Part shown: positions 22,413 to 36,862 of the stretch, in pieces
Layout: each line of letters starts with the position of its first letter
Position numbering within the stretch: the stretch's first letter is position 1
Source of the DNA: Haliotis rufescens
Taxonomy: Eukaryota
Reading direction: 5' to 3'
Length of the DNA stretch: 64,000 nt
Assembly (NCBI RefSeq): GCF_023055435.1
Contig: NW_025963913.1
Span: 3,162,001-3,226,000, forward strand
Position numbers and translations under genes: made by a program
Notes under the pieces: model-generated
Told to the model about the DNA's origin: nothing
The model's input: only the letters and a program-made list of their open reading frames with translations
Database searches by the model: none

Positions 22413-25400
22413 AAATACGAGAGGTGGTTCATATGTCCTATGCCTCACATGACCAAACTGACGTAAAGTCATAAAAAAGATATATTCTTTTAAATCTTCC
22501 CCTTTGATGAACTTTGCTACCGATGTTGAAGGGATTTTATCCCAGTTTTCCCTTGGCTGATCAAAACGTCTACTATGAATACATCGTTCAAGTCGAAAAA
22601 GGGTCTTTCTGTTCGTTTGGGAACAGATGAAAGTCTGGTAGAACCACATCAGGAGAAAATGGTGTTTGTTGCCATGGCAATTGCAATTGCCAGTTGTTGC
22701 CTGGTGTGTTAGAAATAAATACATTTCGAGACGGTATCTCTTTAGCATCAGTAACAGTGCCAGTGTTACAAACACTTCTTCAATCCGAGATAATCACACC
22801 GAATGAGTGTGTTTGGATTTAGTCCTTTCTTAACAATATCTCAGTTATAAATATAAAAGCCATTTCAGATGCAAATCCTCACAAAAATAGAAACAATGTA
22901 CACACAGGATGATGCATGAATGCATATTAAAGAGCAAAAATTAAATATTTGTCAATAGCTTCCACTGTATTGTAACCCTCATTAACATCGGAGCATTGTT
23001 CTGTAAAAATCGTATCTAGTTCAAACTGTTCAGATGTTTCCTGCATAGTTTTAATTTCGCAAACTGAGTCATGTTGAATACAGTAAACTACGGTTATAAC
23101 AAACTCAAAGAGACAACTAATTTTAGTTCGTTATAACCGTAATTCGTTATAAGCATATATACAGCATAACTACAGGAAACAGTCGGGACTAAAAAGTTAG
23201 TTCGTTATATCCGTCAGTTCGTTATAAACGTGTTCGTTATAACCGTAGTTTACTGTAGGTTGAAATGTGTAAAACCCCCTGTACACAAGGCTGCTCCTTG
23301 TGCCACCTTTGAGCGATCAAAAACTGGCCAGGACGCACAATGGTCGCCTAAACCCAGAAAATCATGTATCTATGTAACTGCCCCAGCAGTTGTTCAGCAG
23401 TAAGTGCTCGAGTTGTTCAGCGTCTGCAACCACAATGAAACACCGCAGGTACAAGCCCTCTATTCATAGGCAGGCTGAGGAGGCACTGCAGGTAGCTCAA
23501 AGGAGGCAGAAAAGAGGCAGAAGCATTGCCATGGTGTCTCAAGGGTTGCCGTGGTCGCCGAATGGAGGCATGGTGGTCGCCAAAGTCATCGTTCAATGCA
23601 CGCTGTGGATCGCCCAAAGGAGGCACAAGGGAGGCAGAAGCGTCGCCCATGATTGGCGGGAAAATATTTCAGCAGAACGCATCTGTTACCTGGCGACCAT
23701 TGAGCGACCACTGTGCCTTCATTCTGCAACAGCGGCAATGCATGTGCCTCCCTTCTGCCTCCTTTGAGCCACCTTTGAGCAACCAACCACCTCGGCGACC
23801 TTTGTGCGACTGTTTTGAACATGTTCAAAAATCGACGGCGATTTCAGAACCTCCTGTGTACCACCTTCGAACGACCTAGGCAACCATTCTGCCTCCTTTG
23901 AGCCTCCAACGACGACCTGGCAAATTTTATGGTCGCACTAGGGAGGCACAAAGGTCGCCATCCTGTGTAAAGGCCCCATAATGTGGACGGACAACGAATC
24001 ATAACATAAGTGACCAAACATGCATGCTTCCCTCGACATTTACCCCAAAATATCAATAATCAAATGCCTTCCTCCTTACAGTATCTGAATTATGGATGTC
24101 AACAGGGATGTCTTCCTTAAATGAACATGTTGAATGAATAAGGAAAGTAATATTTGTCCACAATGGTACACACCACTCACCTGCTAACGAATAAATGCTA
24201 TCTCAAAACAAATGATAATATATAATTGTTCAACAAATTGTTATCTTAATGTTTTAATCTAGCGTGTTTATTTCACAGTAGGGGTAATCAATATACACCA
24301 CAGCACAGCAATGTCGCTATTCTAAATTCCAACTGCGAGTGTACGAATGATGTTCTTGAGAGAGTCCGGATACATGGTGAAGAACAAGCACCTGGAGTTC
24401 AGTTAAATGAAGCCTACTTTTAATTAAATCACATACCACTTTTGCATTGGTTTCACAAAACCGCCCCTCGTAAACAGAAATTCTTTAGTTTTGTCGGAAT
24501 GTTGACCCGCCACAGCCATTGTGATTTGTCATCTCAGGGAAGCACATATCCCTGTTTTACACATGATATGTCATTTGCCAAACAGCATGACAAGTTTATT
24601 TAGTGCCTGAGGATTTACTTTACGCTAATGAAATATGATACTTATCTTTCTATGGGCGGGGCAAGATCGAAAGTGTGACCTACGTATTAAGTCAAGGTCA
24701 CAGTGAATGACATACGTAATTTAAAAGTACTATTGCCATTTTTACTGTTTACTCTTTCTGCAACTAGGTAAATGTAATGCATATAATGTATACATATATG
24801 ACGTCAGGATATTTCTTTTTTACTTAGCACGTTCGAAAGCCTTTTTCATTATTTTAAAAACAAATCATATAATATCGCTCATGACTACTAATTTGACAGA
24901 TATACAAATTCATGTATAGAAATATATATAGCAGAGTATATTTTGCAGATACACCTCTGGGTCAGATGCCCGTCCTTGACATTGATGGGAAATCCTTTGG
25001 CCAGAGTAGCGCCATATCCAGATACCTTGCAAGGACATTTGGTGAGTTGAGAATTTGGGTCAGGTTCAATGGAATTCATCGACAAAATAGGTCCCCCAGA
25101 AGCCCATGCTTTCTGTAAGAGCTGACTACAGTTAGGATTTGTTTGATTTGGTTGAAGAGGGTGAAAGACTTTCTTCAGTTGGTTGGCGTGCGTACATTTA
25201 CTACAAATGATAGTAAGCTTCGGGTTGGTTTTCCTGTTGTAATTGTCCAAATAGTGATAGTCACATTCGGTTAAGTAAAGATAATTATCGTCCTGACCAC
25301 TGTAGTACAGTCAGACTCCGTGAATCTCAACTCTGAAAATCAGAAAATGTCGTCTTCTGTACGACTGCTGTTGGGGTGTACAAAAAGTTAGGGGAAAAGA

Positions 25401-27902
25401 ATTATGTATGGGGAAGTCGTTGATCCGGATATCGTTAAACCAGACAATTTAATTGTGAATGGAGCTACCTGGACTAACTAGATCTCACTGTATTTGATTC
25501 AGGGTAGAGGACACATGTATCGCGATGCACGTTATACATTTACTGACACGGAGTGTATCATGTAATGTCATCCGTATCAGGTTTCTATGGCAACGGCGAT
25601 CTGGAAGCTCTAGCGGTGGATCAGGTTCTTGGTGTCATCCAAGACGTCATCACGGCCTTGATGAAAAGTTTTCAAGAGAAAGACGAAGCCAAGAAGGTAA
25701 AGTAAACTCTGCGGCTTGTTGGAGTGACATCCGACGTTAAGTGACATCCAACTTGCTACTGTATACTGGTCGCTGCAATCCACCGGACTGACGCCTCTTT
25801 GTCGTGTCAGGATCCGCTGAAATCCTAAATTCGTCCTCCGCATGATCATCGGTCTGTCATCACATGTTCAGAACGGGATTTTCTTCAATATCAAGTTCAA
25901 ACGCCGTCATATAGCTGACATGCGGTTCAAAGCTGAGTTAATACCAACTTACACTCGAGCCACTTCACTGATATATGTGCATGGAAGACATTCGTTACTT
26001 TTGAAACAATTTTGGTCAAACTTTATGTTTCCTTGAAAATTCAGACTTGCTGAAATACTGTTCAAAGCTGTGGTAATCCTCGAGCACTTCTCGAGCACTC
26101 ATGTGCACGCTAGTCACCTTTGAAACAATTTTGGTTGAATGTCATAGAAAATTTAGACTTTCTATCTGAAGCTGCTTGTGAATCGGGCTAATATAGCGGA
26201 GCTTCAATGATCTTCTGACTCCCCATGGGGTTGGGAGTGAATGAGTAAAACGTTGACGTCGTGGTCGGCATTCAAAGTCACTGGTGATGAAAGTATGAGT
26301 TGCAGAACTTGATTAAAAGATTATTCTATTTTATTTTATAACGCACGTTTCCCCCTTGGAATCTGTAGTGTATACATGATGTAAATGGTGACACCCTCTG
26401 TGCACAGAGCGTCATGGGTATTCAGTATTATATATATGTTTTCAGGCTGAGTTGAGGAAGGAGCTAGCGGATGTCAAAATACCGCTGTATTTCGGGATGT
26501 TGGAGAAGTTACTGAAGAACAATGGCAGTACTGGGCTTTTTGTTGGCAAGAAGGTAAAAAATTTACTGCCACAACTATCTTTACTTCTTCTACGACTACT
26601 GTAATACTAAGACTACAACTACTACTACTTTTACTACTATTACTACTGCGCCTACTATCACTTCTACTACTATCACTATTTCTACACCAACAACTACTAC
26701 TATTGCTGCTGCTGCTAATATCACGACGACGACTATTGGAAATGGCAGAATGTAAATGACATAACTCTCTTTGAAATTCACGGTAATTCACCAGTTAGTA
26801 AACAGAACTTACAAATCTCGCAATTGTAACAAAATCTATTTAGAGTACAACCATTTAGAGGACGAGACGAGTTTCATCTACAAAGCATCTCCTCCGTTGG
26901 TTTTTTAAAATATATTTCGGCACAGTGCAATTCCCAAGAAGACAGTTTGAAACAATCGCGCAATAAGAAAACGTTAAAGATTTTTAGACCACTTTAGTAC
27001 AAAGGCACTGAAAACTATTCATTGTCATGTCACATAAGGCCACAAGGTTGCGCTGAACTCGTATCTCGCGTGACCACCTGGGCAGCAATCACGGCTCTGC
27101 ATCTCCTCGGCACTGACTGGATAAGGGTACGAATTCTGTCCGGCGGAATTCTGCGCCATTCTGCTTGTAACGCGTTGGCCAGTTGTGGGAGAGTCTGCGG
27201 CGTGTTCTGACGTTGACGTACACGTCGATCGACTTCATCCCAGAGGTATTCGACAATCGACAATGGCTGGGTTTTGTCGCACCGTTTGTCGAATATCAGG
27301 CCACCAACATTTTCCAATAGTATATATTCAATTTATATACCGTTTTGTTGTTGTTATTTTGTGTAGTCAGGTTCAGTGAACTACATACTGTCTGTGCGTT
27401 TCCTTTTCTGAAGAGTGTATGCTGACATCACTACAACTACTGCTACAGCTACCGTGACTACAACTCCGACTACTATTACATCTATTAATGGCTATTATCA
27501 CTATTACTACTACTACTACTACTACTCATATTACTATTGATGATGATGCTTCTTAATGTCAATGCTAAATCCTTACAAACGTTCATATCTCACAGATGCA
27601 AGAGCAAATGAAAGCACTGACCATGCCTTGATGGCAACCATACAGGCGGCGCATTGGCAGGTGGAATTACCTGTATATCACCATGTATCACAACTGCTTT
27701 AAATTTACTTTGTTTAATTAAATCTATGAACATTTGTTTTCAGATCAGTCTTGCTGACGTCAGTCTGTTTGATCTCTGTGATAAAGTCAAGTCAATGGTC
27801 AAGTTGGCAGACTATCCTCTGGTCAAGAAATGCAATGACAACGTGGGTACCAACCCTAAAATCAAAGCATGGGTTGAGAAACGACCAGTTACAGAGTTTT
27901 GA
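21479..27902 (+). CDS. Sigma-class GST, gene 3 (type B), 202 aa
   Basis: Exons 21479-21611, 24949-25041, 25581-25696, 26446-26553, 27744-27902; open. [76 protein letters not shown]-...[36 protein letters not shown]...[10 protein letters not shown]...[10 protein letters not shown]. Confidence 0.92.
23081..23255. mobile_element. pogo/Tigger-type MITE
   Basis: TIR CAGTAAACTACGGTTATAAC, TA TSD (23079-80 / 23256-57); empty site in the paralogous gene 2 intron near 9485. Confidence 0.85.
23272..23978. mobile_element. Non-autonomous DNA transposon (PIF/Harbinger-like TIRs), ~700 bp, GC-richer
   Basis: Imperfect TIRs (CCCC.TGTACACA..CCTTGTGCC / GGCACAAAGG..TGTGTAAAGGCCCC); a 3' part is repeated at 49840-50078; absent from the gene 2 intron. 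Confidence 0.6.
27030..27270 (-). mobile_element. Tc1 transposase C-terminal fragment
   Basis: [47 protein letters not shown]. Confidence 0.8.
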
Positions 27903-28849
27903 TGTGAGAAACGTGAACATTGTCTCTTTAGTACTGGTATCAAGAACTTGGTAGATTAGTTATTAGGACATACACACAATAATGAGGTAATTATTATTTA
28001 CTTCATCTTGATTTATTATTCAAAACTGTAAAGGTATTTTATGACAATAAAACGAACACGGAGGTGCTGTTGTACGAGTTTATTTGGAGTTTTGTTTGAG
28101 AGAAAGTATTAGTTAGCATGATTCGTTTCGACATTTCAGTTACCGACTGAATGTATTTGGTTTTGGTGATTCACAACAGTTATTTCTTTAAATGTTCTTC
28201 AAATTGGAGTGTTTTTGTAACAAAAAGTCAGGTCGGGGTTATTTTAGAGGCAACATCAAGCCCCACCAGAGAAGGAAAAAGGATTGGCGCCTTAGGTTTT
28301 GAAGAGTCTGTACTGCTGCAAGACCTGAAACACCAATGTAATTAAAGGACAGTCAAGTAGCCTGAAATAAAAGAGATTTTTTTACACTTGAATGTTATAT
28401 ACTTAACTGGAACACATGCTTGACAAAGGACAAAAAAGATTTGTGGTTACAGGTTATATGTGACACTGCGCAGGTTGGAGCAACAGTACGAACATTATTT
28501 TAAAAATGTTTTATAAAATGATTTCACTTTTTTTTCTTATGGGTAACTTAGGTATGGAACGTATGTATTGCCATAGATTGTGATGAAGCATTTTTGGTTG
28601 ACTTCCATACGCTATGACTAACGGTGCCTGGGTGCTAACATGTGAACCGGTGTTATTCAAGGTTGTCTTTTGACTCCTGTATTATTCATTCTTTACACTG
28701 GCAACAAAGTCACCAAAAGTATTGTATGAGTATTAAATTGACAAAAGGCAGATCCCTGGATCTCTTCAGTAGGGTCAACTACTGATCTGGGGTCAACACT
28801 GTGGATCCAATCATAAACAACAAATTTCTAATGCGGAGTGTGTCAGCTA

Positions 28850-28995
28850 CGATGGATTGTGATGACCCACAACTGAATAGTTTTCCAAAAAGTGTCAGCG
28901 ATAAGTTGAATTGTAAAACGTCGGTCGGTCATAACCATGCAGTGGACAGCCTCCACTTGAAATTCAGACGAGGCATCTTGAGGACGGCCAGGCCT
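28850..28995 (-). mobile_element. Mariner transposase fragment
   Basis: EDDRRPGRP..EAVHCMVMTDRRFTIQLIA resembles the intact element. Confidence 0.7.
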
Positions 28996-29531
28996 GCGGT
29001 CATCTTCTGTGTTACGTATGTCTCGATGTCGATACCTGACATGGGTACAATGTGTGAAGCCCATTTCTTGTGTCCCCCGCCGTGATCGTGCTGGAACATT
29101 GCTAAAAGCGGCATAAAACCAAAATCACTCACTCACTCAAAGCGGTGCAGCTTGTCGTAAGAGGAGACTAACGGGATCGGGTGGTCAGGCTCGCTGACTT
29201 GTTTGATGCATGTCATCGATCCCAATTGCGCGGATTGATGCTCATCATATTAATCACTGGATTGTGTGGTCCAGACTCGATTATTTACAGACCGCCGTCG
29301 TACAGCTGGAATATTGCTGAGTGCGGCGTTAAACAACCAACCAACCAAATCTAAGCGGTGCTTAAAAAACCACCATCACTCACGAACCGCCATATTGAAA
29401 CAGGTCAATATACTGATACTAATAAATAATTCGCACACAAACTGTTAGTATAAAGCGTAGATGTCATAAGTCAGACGTTCCGGTAGAACGGCGAAATTGA
29501 TCCGCTTCATAGATCCTGGAACGACACGCAT

Positions 29532-29570
29532 GTGACGCAGCATTTTCTTTGTGCTCGCGTCAGTATAAAA
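29532..29570 (+). promoter_or_regulatory. ARE (GTGACGCAGCA, 29532-29542) and TATA box (29564-29570) of gene 4
   Basis: Consensus match; TATA lies 59 nt upstream of the ATG. Confidence 0.65.
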
Positions 29571-29622
29571 GGCAGCAGTTGAGGAAGACGAGCGCAGTCA
29601 ACCCAAGCACACACACACAGCC

Positions 29623-32600
29623 ATGCCGACGTACAGATTCCGCTACTTCAACCTTAGGGGCCTGGGCGAGGTACCCCGGCTGCTGTTTGCACTGGCGGGA
29701 CAGGATTATGAGGACGTCAGAATCCCGTCAGAAGCATGGGCTGCGGAAAAGCCAAGTGAGTACATTTAAAATAGCTTGATCAACTGGTAAAGGACACGCG
29801 GACAGACACGTGTATATACAGTACATATAGCATACTTTTATGTTACAGATAAGACACCCTGATTGATTTAGGACATATTATATTATCAATAACACATATA
29901 TACAATGATATGCTAAATGTACATTTGCGATGTAGCAGGTTTCCATGGCGTTTCTAGCACCGTATGTTCGTTTAAACAAACGACATGTTCTTTCTTTGCC
30001 AGTGTTCGTGTTTTCGACCTCGAACTCGCCTGATCATCCCACGTTGATAAAGCAGTTTATCAGGAAGTTAAGATTTCATTAGTTCACGTAATCGTGATAA
30101 AATATTTTTTTATAAACCTCTAACGGTGTCACTCTGTTATAAATATAGGTTCGCATTTTTTTGGGGTAAGCCGGAAAGGAGTTATTCCAGCTTAAGTATG
30201 TCCGGGTAAGCGGGCATTCTGTGAAATTTAACGTGTTATAAACTTGCCTTTTGATGTAATCACAATTGTGTTTGAAGATTGGTTAAAAGTCAGAAATTTG
30301 TTTTAAACATGAAACTTCCATGACGTGAATGGAATGTAACCTCACATATCGTTTTAAGTTTTGTAACCCACTGTTTTCCCCCTGAGCTACTGGGGCAGGT
30401 GATGAGACTTTGTTCAGATTACCATGTCATGACTCCATCTAGTCCAGGCTGCACAAGGCCAGACCCAGCACCGCACACCTTGCACGCCTTGCACGCCTTG
30501 TATCCCTGTTTCTGAGGCGCCGCGATTGGCTGTGCAGAGTTGCGTCCCTTGGGCACGCCAGAAACCTATGGTTGTGGGTTCGAATCCCGGTTCGCCCCGA
30601 TTATGTTTCTAGGTTTGTCAGCACCATACCCGTGCTCGTGGGTTTCACCGAAGTGGTAAACGTCTGAGACCTGCATCTCTTCGGGCTTTCCTCCCACATA
30701 AAGCTGACACGCCGTGATAAAACTGGAATACTGCTAACAGCGTCGTTAAACCCAACTCGCTCACTCACTCACTCGCTCGCTCACTCACTCACTCACTCAC
30801 TCACTCGCTCGCTCACTCACTCACTCACTCACTCACTCACTCATTCACAAATGGCCGACATCAGACCCGCAAATAATGGGTGTGTCGAAAAGCAGCCCTT
30901 TGATTGGTCGATATTTTTAATCGGGTTGGGGACACTTGAACCACGGGAACAGTAAACATTCATAAGCTCTTCATTGCCATGGGAACCACATCTGTCGACC
31001 GTTAATGTACACAGATCCCTTTGGGAGTTCTTTTTGAAATGGAAGTATGACAAAAACATCTTCCCGCCTTACAATATTGAGGAATCGCGTTGACAATCTA
31101 ACAATTAGTTCATCGCGGCTTTATGAAACCACCTAAAGAGTTAACTCAAAGCATCCTTTGACTTATCTCATGCCGACGGTTCATCCTCATTTCAATAGGG
31201 CCTAGTTTTGAGGTGTTAGTATTTACTATGAAATCCTTCGTTAACTCGCACTTGCAATTCAGGACACGTTACACAAACCACACTTTCATTTACCTTCCGT
31301 GGCTGTGCCGTGCACTCAACACCCCCACCCCTGTAAAGAAACACCTCAACTTAAAGCATTTAAATTACACTTTTTGATCAACTTTTTTATGTTAAGTCAA
31401 GTTAACCATAAAAAATAATTGATGAAGTAAAGGTAAATGAATAACTTTGCGTTGATTTAATAAAAAAAAATGTTTATAATTTTCTTAGTTTTCTTAGGTT
31501 TTATTGGGTATTGTTCTAAGTTAGATAGTTTTATTTTAGTTTTGAGTGTGGACTTACATGAATGGTCCAACTTTTGAAATTGGCTGGCTGGTGAGGGATG
31601 TGTATTGTTGTGTGTTATTGTGTAAGTCTGGATTTTTGTTCAAGACCAATATTCGTCTCGTTATTCTTTCAACATATTCATTTAATTCATAAAGAATTTT
31701 TCATTTTGCGTGTTGCACCACATCAATTTTTTCTGCATATATACATTTCATTAATGTCCACTATTTTGACAGATATACCAAAGATTCTATTTAGACAAAT
31801 GCCATGGCAGCTGTTTATATGTATAACACACATGTACGCGTTAGGCAGCTTATTCTTGGGAGATTCCAGGGCTTCGGTCCTGCCCGACACTAACACAAAT
31901 GTAACACACGTACACGCAGTGTATCCTTAGGCCCACGACTATGGTCGGAATATGCCGAACCGTTTACTTCGAAGTGATTGGGGACCCGTTTTAGGATGAG
32001 ATGGTAATGGGTGTCAGACAGGGAGCTTGGGTTGTAGGCTCCCCAGGGAGCTGATATTGAAGATCGTGTGCACACCGATCCATTAGGTGCACATTAATAT
32101 GCAGAATATATAGTAAACATTATTTTGCAGACACACCTCTGGGTCAGATGCCCGTCCTTGACATTGATGGGAAACCCTTTTGTCAGAGCAGCGCCATATC
32201 CAGATACCTTGCAAAGACATTTGGTGAGTCGACAACTTATGTTAGTTCATCGTGCTTGCCTTCAGGGGCTGACCATTTGATAAAAACATAATTCTCCAAA
32301 AAATAATTATTGTATGCTACCCTAAAATGGATCTGGCGTCCTAAAAACGTATCTGTTATATCAGATGCCTCAGGGGCGGTGGGCTAGCCATGTGGGAACC
32401 CGAAGGTCCAGGTTCGANNNNNNNNNNNNNNNNNNNNNNNNNNNNNNNNNNNNNNNNNNNNNNNNNNNNNNNNNNNNNNNNNNNNNNNNNNNNNNNNNNN
32501 NNNNNNNNNNNNNNNNNNNNNNNNNNNNNNNNNNNNNNNNNNNNNNNNNNNNNNNNNNNNNNNNNNNNNNNNNNNNNNNNNNNNNNNNNNNNNNNNNNNN

Positions 32601-35551
32601 NNNNNNNNNNNNNNNNNNNNNNNNNNNNNNNNNNNNNNNNNNNNATGTAAGTGCCAGAATACATTAAAGCAATGTTCAACTCCGTTTCACTTCACCTCAC
32701 CTATAAAAAGGCCTTTTACTGGTTTTCATGTTCCTTGGGGTTTATCATTGATAGCCACCTTTGGTTTGGCCAAGATCGTTAACGACCAATGTAGAACAGT
32801 CAGACCTCGTTAATCCGGACACCTTTTATCCGGGACTCTCGTCTTCCGTACGATTATTTGGAACGTTTTTGAATAGTTAGAGGGACATTATATTACTACA
32901 TCCCGGAGAATCTGGATATCGTTAATCCAGACAATTCACTGTGCACGGCCCTATCCGGATTAATGAGGTTTCACTGTATTTAATGTTCGGTAGAGAAGAC
33001 ATGTTTCACGATACACTTTATGCATGAATCGACACGTTGTGTTTATTCTAATGTGATCTGTGTCAGGTTTCTATGGTAACGGCGATCTGGAAGCCCTACA
33101 AGTGGATCAAGCTCTGGGTGTCGTCCAAGACGTCATCACTGCCTTCTTGAAAAGTAAATTCGAGAAGGACGCCGCCAAGCAGGTAAAGTAAACCCTGCGT
33201 CTGATTATAGTGTACAAGTCTGTCAGCATAACCCTCTACATACTATCAGCTCACGAGTGAACTCAGTCCTCTGCAGTTACGGCTCATGGTTGTGCCAGGA
33301 TCCGCTGTTTTAAGTTCCGAATTCTCCGCGGGTATGGTCATTGACCTGTCAGAACGATACTCGTTTTCCATCGATTTCACCAAAATTGTGACGACATGAA
33401 ATTAGAGTCACAAAGTGAATGCGAGTGTCGATCCCTGGCCTAAAACGAGTATTGCGTTAATGCGTGCAGCCCTGCCTATCAGCAAACAATAACACCACAA
33501 CTCCATGTTTTAGTATAGGGTGATAGCTGTTCGAATGAATAATATCATTTGCTATTTTCACAAACTTAACTTCAACTGTCTAGGCGAGCAAGCGGTCTAG
33601 GGCAGGCAAACAAGTCTAGGACAGAGCGTCACTCCCTCTGATGATTGTCCCAAATAAAACAAACGTGTTTTTTGTAATTATTCAAATTTAGGAATGTTTT
33701 ATAAACTATTTTCATATGTATTTATGTATTTCGTGTGTACGTATAAGCCTTACTTTCTACTATCACTGGAAGATACCAGAGCTTGCGGTCTAGCTTACCA
33801 GGCTACTTCGTGGCAGTAGTTCTGTTTTAAACCCACCTTAAATTTCCAATAATAAATCACTAAATTTAATACACAAGAGGAATCTCAGCACACATAGGTT
33901 TATTATAATGCCACAATGTCTCACTTGGGCATTAGTCACGCCAGTTAACAATAAACAAAATGGCCGCTCTTCACAGCGAGCACTTCGCGTCCATTTTTAC
34001 AGTTCACATTATAAATGCGACACATGGACATTCTACAATTCACACCGACCACGAGGAAAAGAAAACAAATGGCCGCTCTTCACAGAGAGCACGTAGTACC
34101 CATTCATACAATTCATACCATAAATGCGACCCATAAAGGTAATTTCCGTCACCGGTGGCGGTATATGCAGGCGCCCACCACACAAAGAGCCACGACCGTG
34201 TAGGACGTTATCAAACGTATAACCACAAACGAGCCGCGAGCATTTACAGTGGTGTCAAAGCAATGCCACCGAATCGTTTTAGAAAGATGATATGTGATTA
34301 GGTGTCACAGTTTCATCAATAGAATATGGAACGACTTTATGATTTCAGGCGGAGTTGATGAAGGAGATGAAGGAGGTGAAAATACCGCTGTATTTCGGGA
34401 TGTTTGAGAAGCTACTGAAGAACAATGGCAGTACTGGTTATTTTGTGGGCAAGAAGGTAAATATAAATTGTCAATGAAGTAGCAACATTGCAAATACCAC
34501 TCCGACAATATGTGATTGATATCAACACTACTACAACATCAGCAGCCACCACGTATACATATACTCTCCAATAACTGCTGTTACACCTCACTACTGGTAC
34601 AATGACTACTATCACTGCAACTACTACATTCATCACCTCCACAACCACCACTACCTACCACCACTACCACTACCACTACCACTACCCTTGTCAATGATGT
34701 TACTACGACAACAGACCAGTGAAGATCTGGGGTAGAATAGGTCTTCAGCAACCCATGCTTGCCGTAAAAGGCAACTATGCTTGTCTAACAAATGTTATAT
34801 TTGGTATAACACTTTCTTAGTATATATTTCATTGTGTATTCATAACTATGCTTGTCGTAAGAGGCGACTAACGGGATCGCGTGGTCAGGCTCGCTGACTT
34901 GGTTGATGCATGTCATCGATCCCAATTGCGTGGATCCATGCTCATGATGTCAATCACTGGATTGTCTGGTCCAGACTCGATTATTTAAAGACCTCCGTCA
35001 TATAGCTGGAATATTGCTGGGTGTGGCGTTAAACAATCCAACAATCAAACTGCAACAACTACATGCACGACATTTACAACTGCGATCACTACTACTACTA
35101 CTACTACTACTACCACCCACCCACCCACACACACTACTACTGCTACTATCCTTCCAACTACTTCTATGACGACTACTATTACTTCTATCACGACTACCAC
35201 TACTTCTATTGGGTCTAAATGGCAAAGCTAAATTCTTACAAACGTTCATATACTGAGGAGAAAAGGCAAATCATGCCTTGATGGCAACAATAAAGGCGAT
35301 GCATTGACATGTGGAATCATCTGTATATCACCCTGTATCACAACAGCTTTAAATTTACTTTGTTATTTACATCTATGAACATTTGTTTTCAGATCAGTCT
35401 TGCTGACGTCAGTCTGTTTGATCTCTGTGATAAAGTCCAGCCAGTGGTCAAGTTGGCAGACTATCCTCTGGTTAAAAAGTGCAACGAGAACGTGGGTGAC
35501 AACCCTAAAATCAAAGCATGGGTTAAGAAACGCCCAGTTACAGACTTTTGA
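29623..35551 (+). CDS. Sigma-class GST, gene 4 (type B), 202 aa (assembly gap in intron 2)
   Basis: Exons 29623-29755, 32131-32223, 33067-33182, 34349-34456, 35393-35551; open. [65 protein letters not shown]...-...[36 protein letters not shown]...-...[10 protein letters not shown]. Confidence 0.87.
30510..30845 (+). mobile_element. SINE family B, 5'-truncated, with expanded (CACT/CGCT)n tail
   Basis: Body matches other copies. Confidence 0.85.
32418..32644. other. Assembly gap (227 N)
   Basis: Run of N, starting inside a SINE head. Confidence 1.
32798..32976. mobile_element. pogo/Tigger-type MITE shared by intron 2 of all type B genes
   Basis: TIR CAGTCAGACCTCGTTAATCCGGA / TCCGGATTAATGAGGTTTCACTG; decayed copies at the same intron position near 12130-12226 and 25307-25490. 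Confidence 0.75.
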
Positions 35552-36582
35552 TGTGAGACTCATGGACATTTACAAGTGACAAGTACTTGGTACTTAGTAC
35601 TAGTGTTTATATAAACAACATAAGTGTAATACTATTTAAAAGATAGAAGAATTCGTCACGATTTAATTCGTCTATTTATTATAGAATATTGTATTTTTAA
35701 TAATACAAAGAAGATATCTGTGTTGCCGTTTGAGTCGGTGGTCTGTAAATAATCGAGTCTGGACCAGACAATCCAGTGATTGACATCATAAGAATCCATA
35801 TAAGCATTTGGGATACGATGAGATGCATCAACCAAGTCAGCGACCCCGACTACCCGATCCCGTTAGTTGCCTCTTACGACAACAATAAGATGGTAATGAA
35901 CTGAATTTTGGACATAAGAAGCCAGTGATCTAACACAAACATATTATGCTCTTTGTATGTTTAAGTCCAGCCAATTGGCGTTGCCTTCATTTTATCCAGG
36001 CTGGGGTTTTTTCAGAAAAATTAAGCCTCATCGGAGAAGAAGAAACAAACCATGATTGGCCCCTTAAGTTTTGAAGCGTTTTGTACAGTCTCCATTACTA
36101 TCTATACACCGAACGCTGGGTTATCAATATGACATGAGTGAGTAAGGAAATATTACAATTTTATAATTTCAATGTCACGATGGCAATGCATTGAATATGG
36201 ACCCGACAAGCCAGTGATCGATAGCATGACAACGACACACGCAATTACATGATGACACACAATCGGACAGGTGACACAGTCAGACCATCTGATAAGTCGG
36301 CTTTTATAACAAGCACCAGATACTCAGAGCTATTTTAGCGCCGGATCACATGAAGCTTTTTTGAATGAGTGGCAATTGCCTAACGCCGCATCAGTAATCG
36401 TGCGGTTATTACCAGCGAGGAGTGACGTGTTGAAAGAAGTCACGGTGATATATATTGATGTATATAATCGAGTGTGAACCATGGCCAGTGACTGAAAGCA
36501 TGGGCCACGATCCACGTCATCACGTCATCGACAATGACGTATTCAGTTACCTGATCCGCTCAAATCCCAGTGAAGTGTAAAG

Positions 36583-36862
36583 GGGGACACGGGTGGCCCA
36601 GCCGTCTAAGGCTCTACAATTCGCTGTGCAGAGTTGCGTCACTTAGACACGCCAGAAACCAATAATTATCGGTTCGAATCCCGGCTCGCCCCGATTATAA
36701 AGCTAGGTTTGTCAACCATACCAGTCATGTGATCATTGGCTTTACCAAAGTGGTAAACGTCTGAGACCTGCATCACTTCGGTCTTTCCATTTACATTAAG
36801 CAGACACGCCGTGATATAACTGGAATAATATCAGAGCGGCCTTAAACCCAACTCGCTCACTC
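36583..36862 (+). mobile_element. SINE family B, full length
   Basis: A and B boxes, body and tail. Confidence 0.88.

Noticed and set aside
23390-24056. Several overlapping GC-rich ORFs
   Set aside because: They lie within a non-autonomous DNA transposon repeated at 49840-50078.
32356-32679. ORFs spanning X runs
   Set aside because: Artefacts of the N gap.
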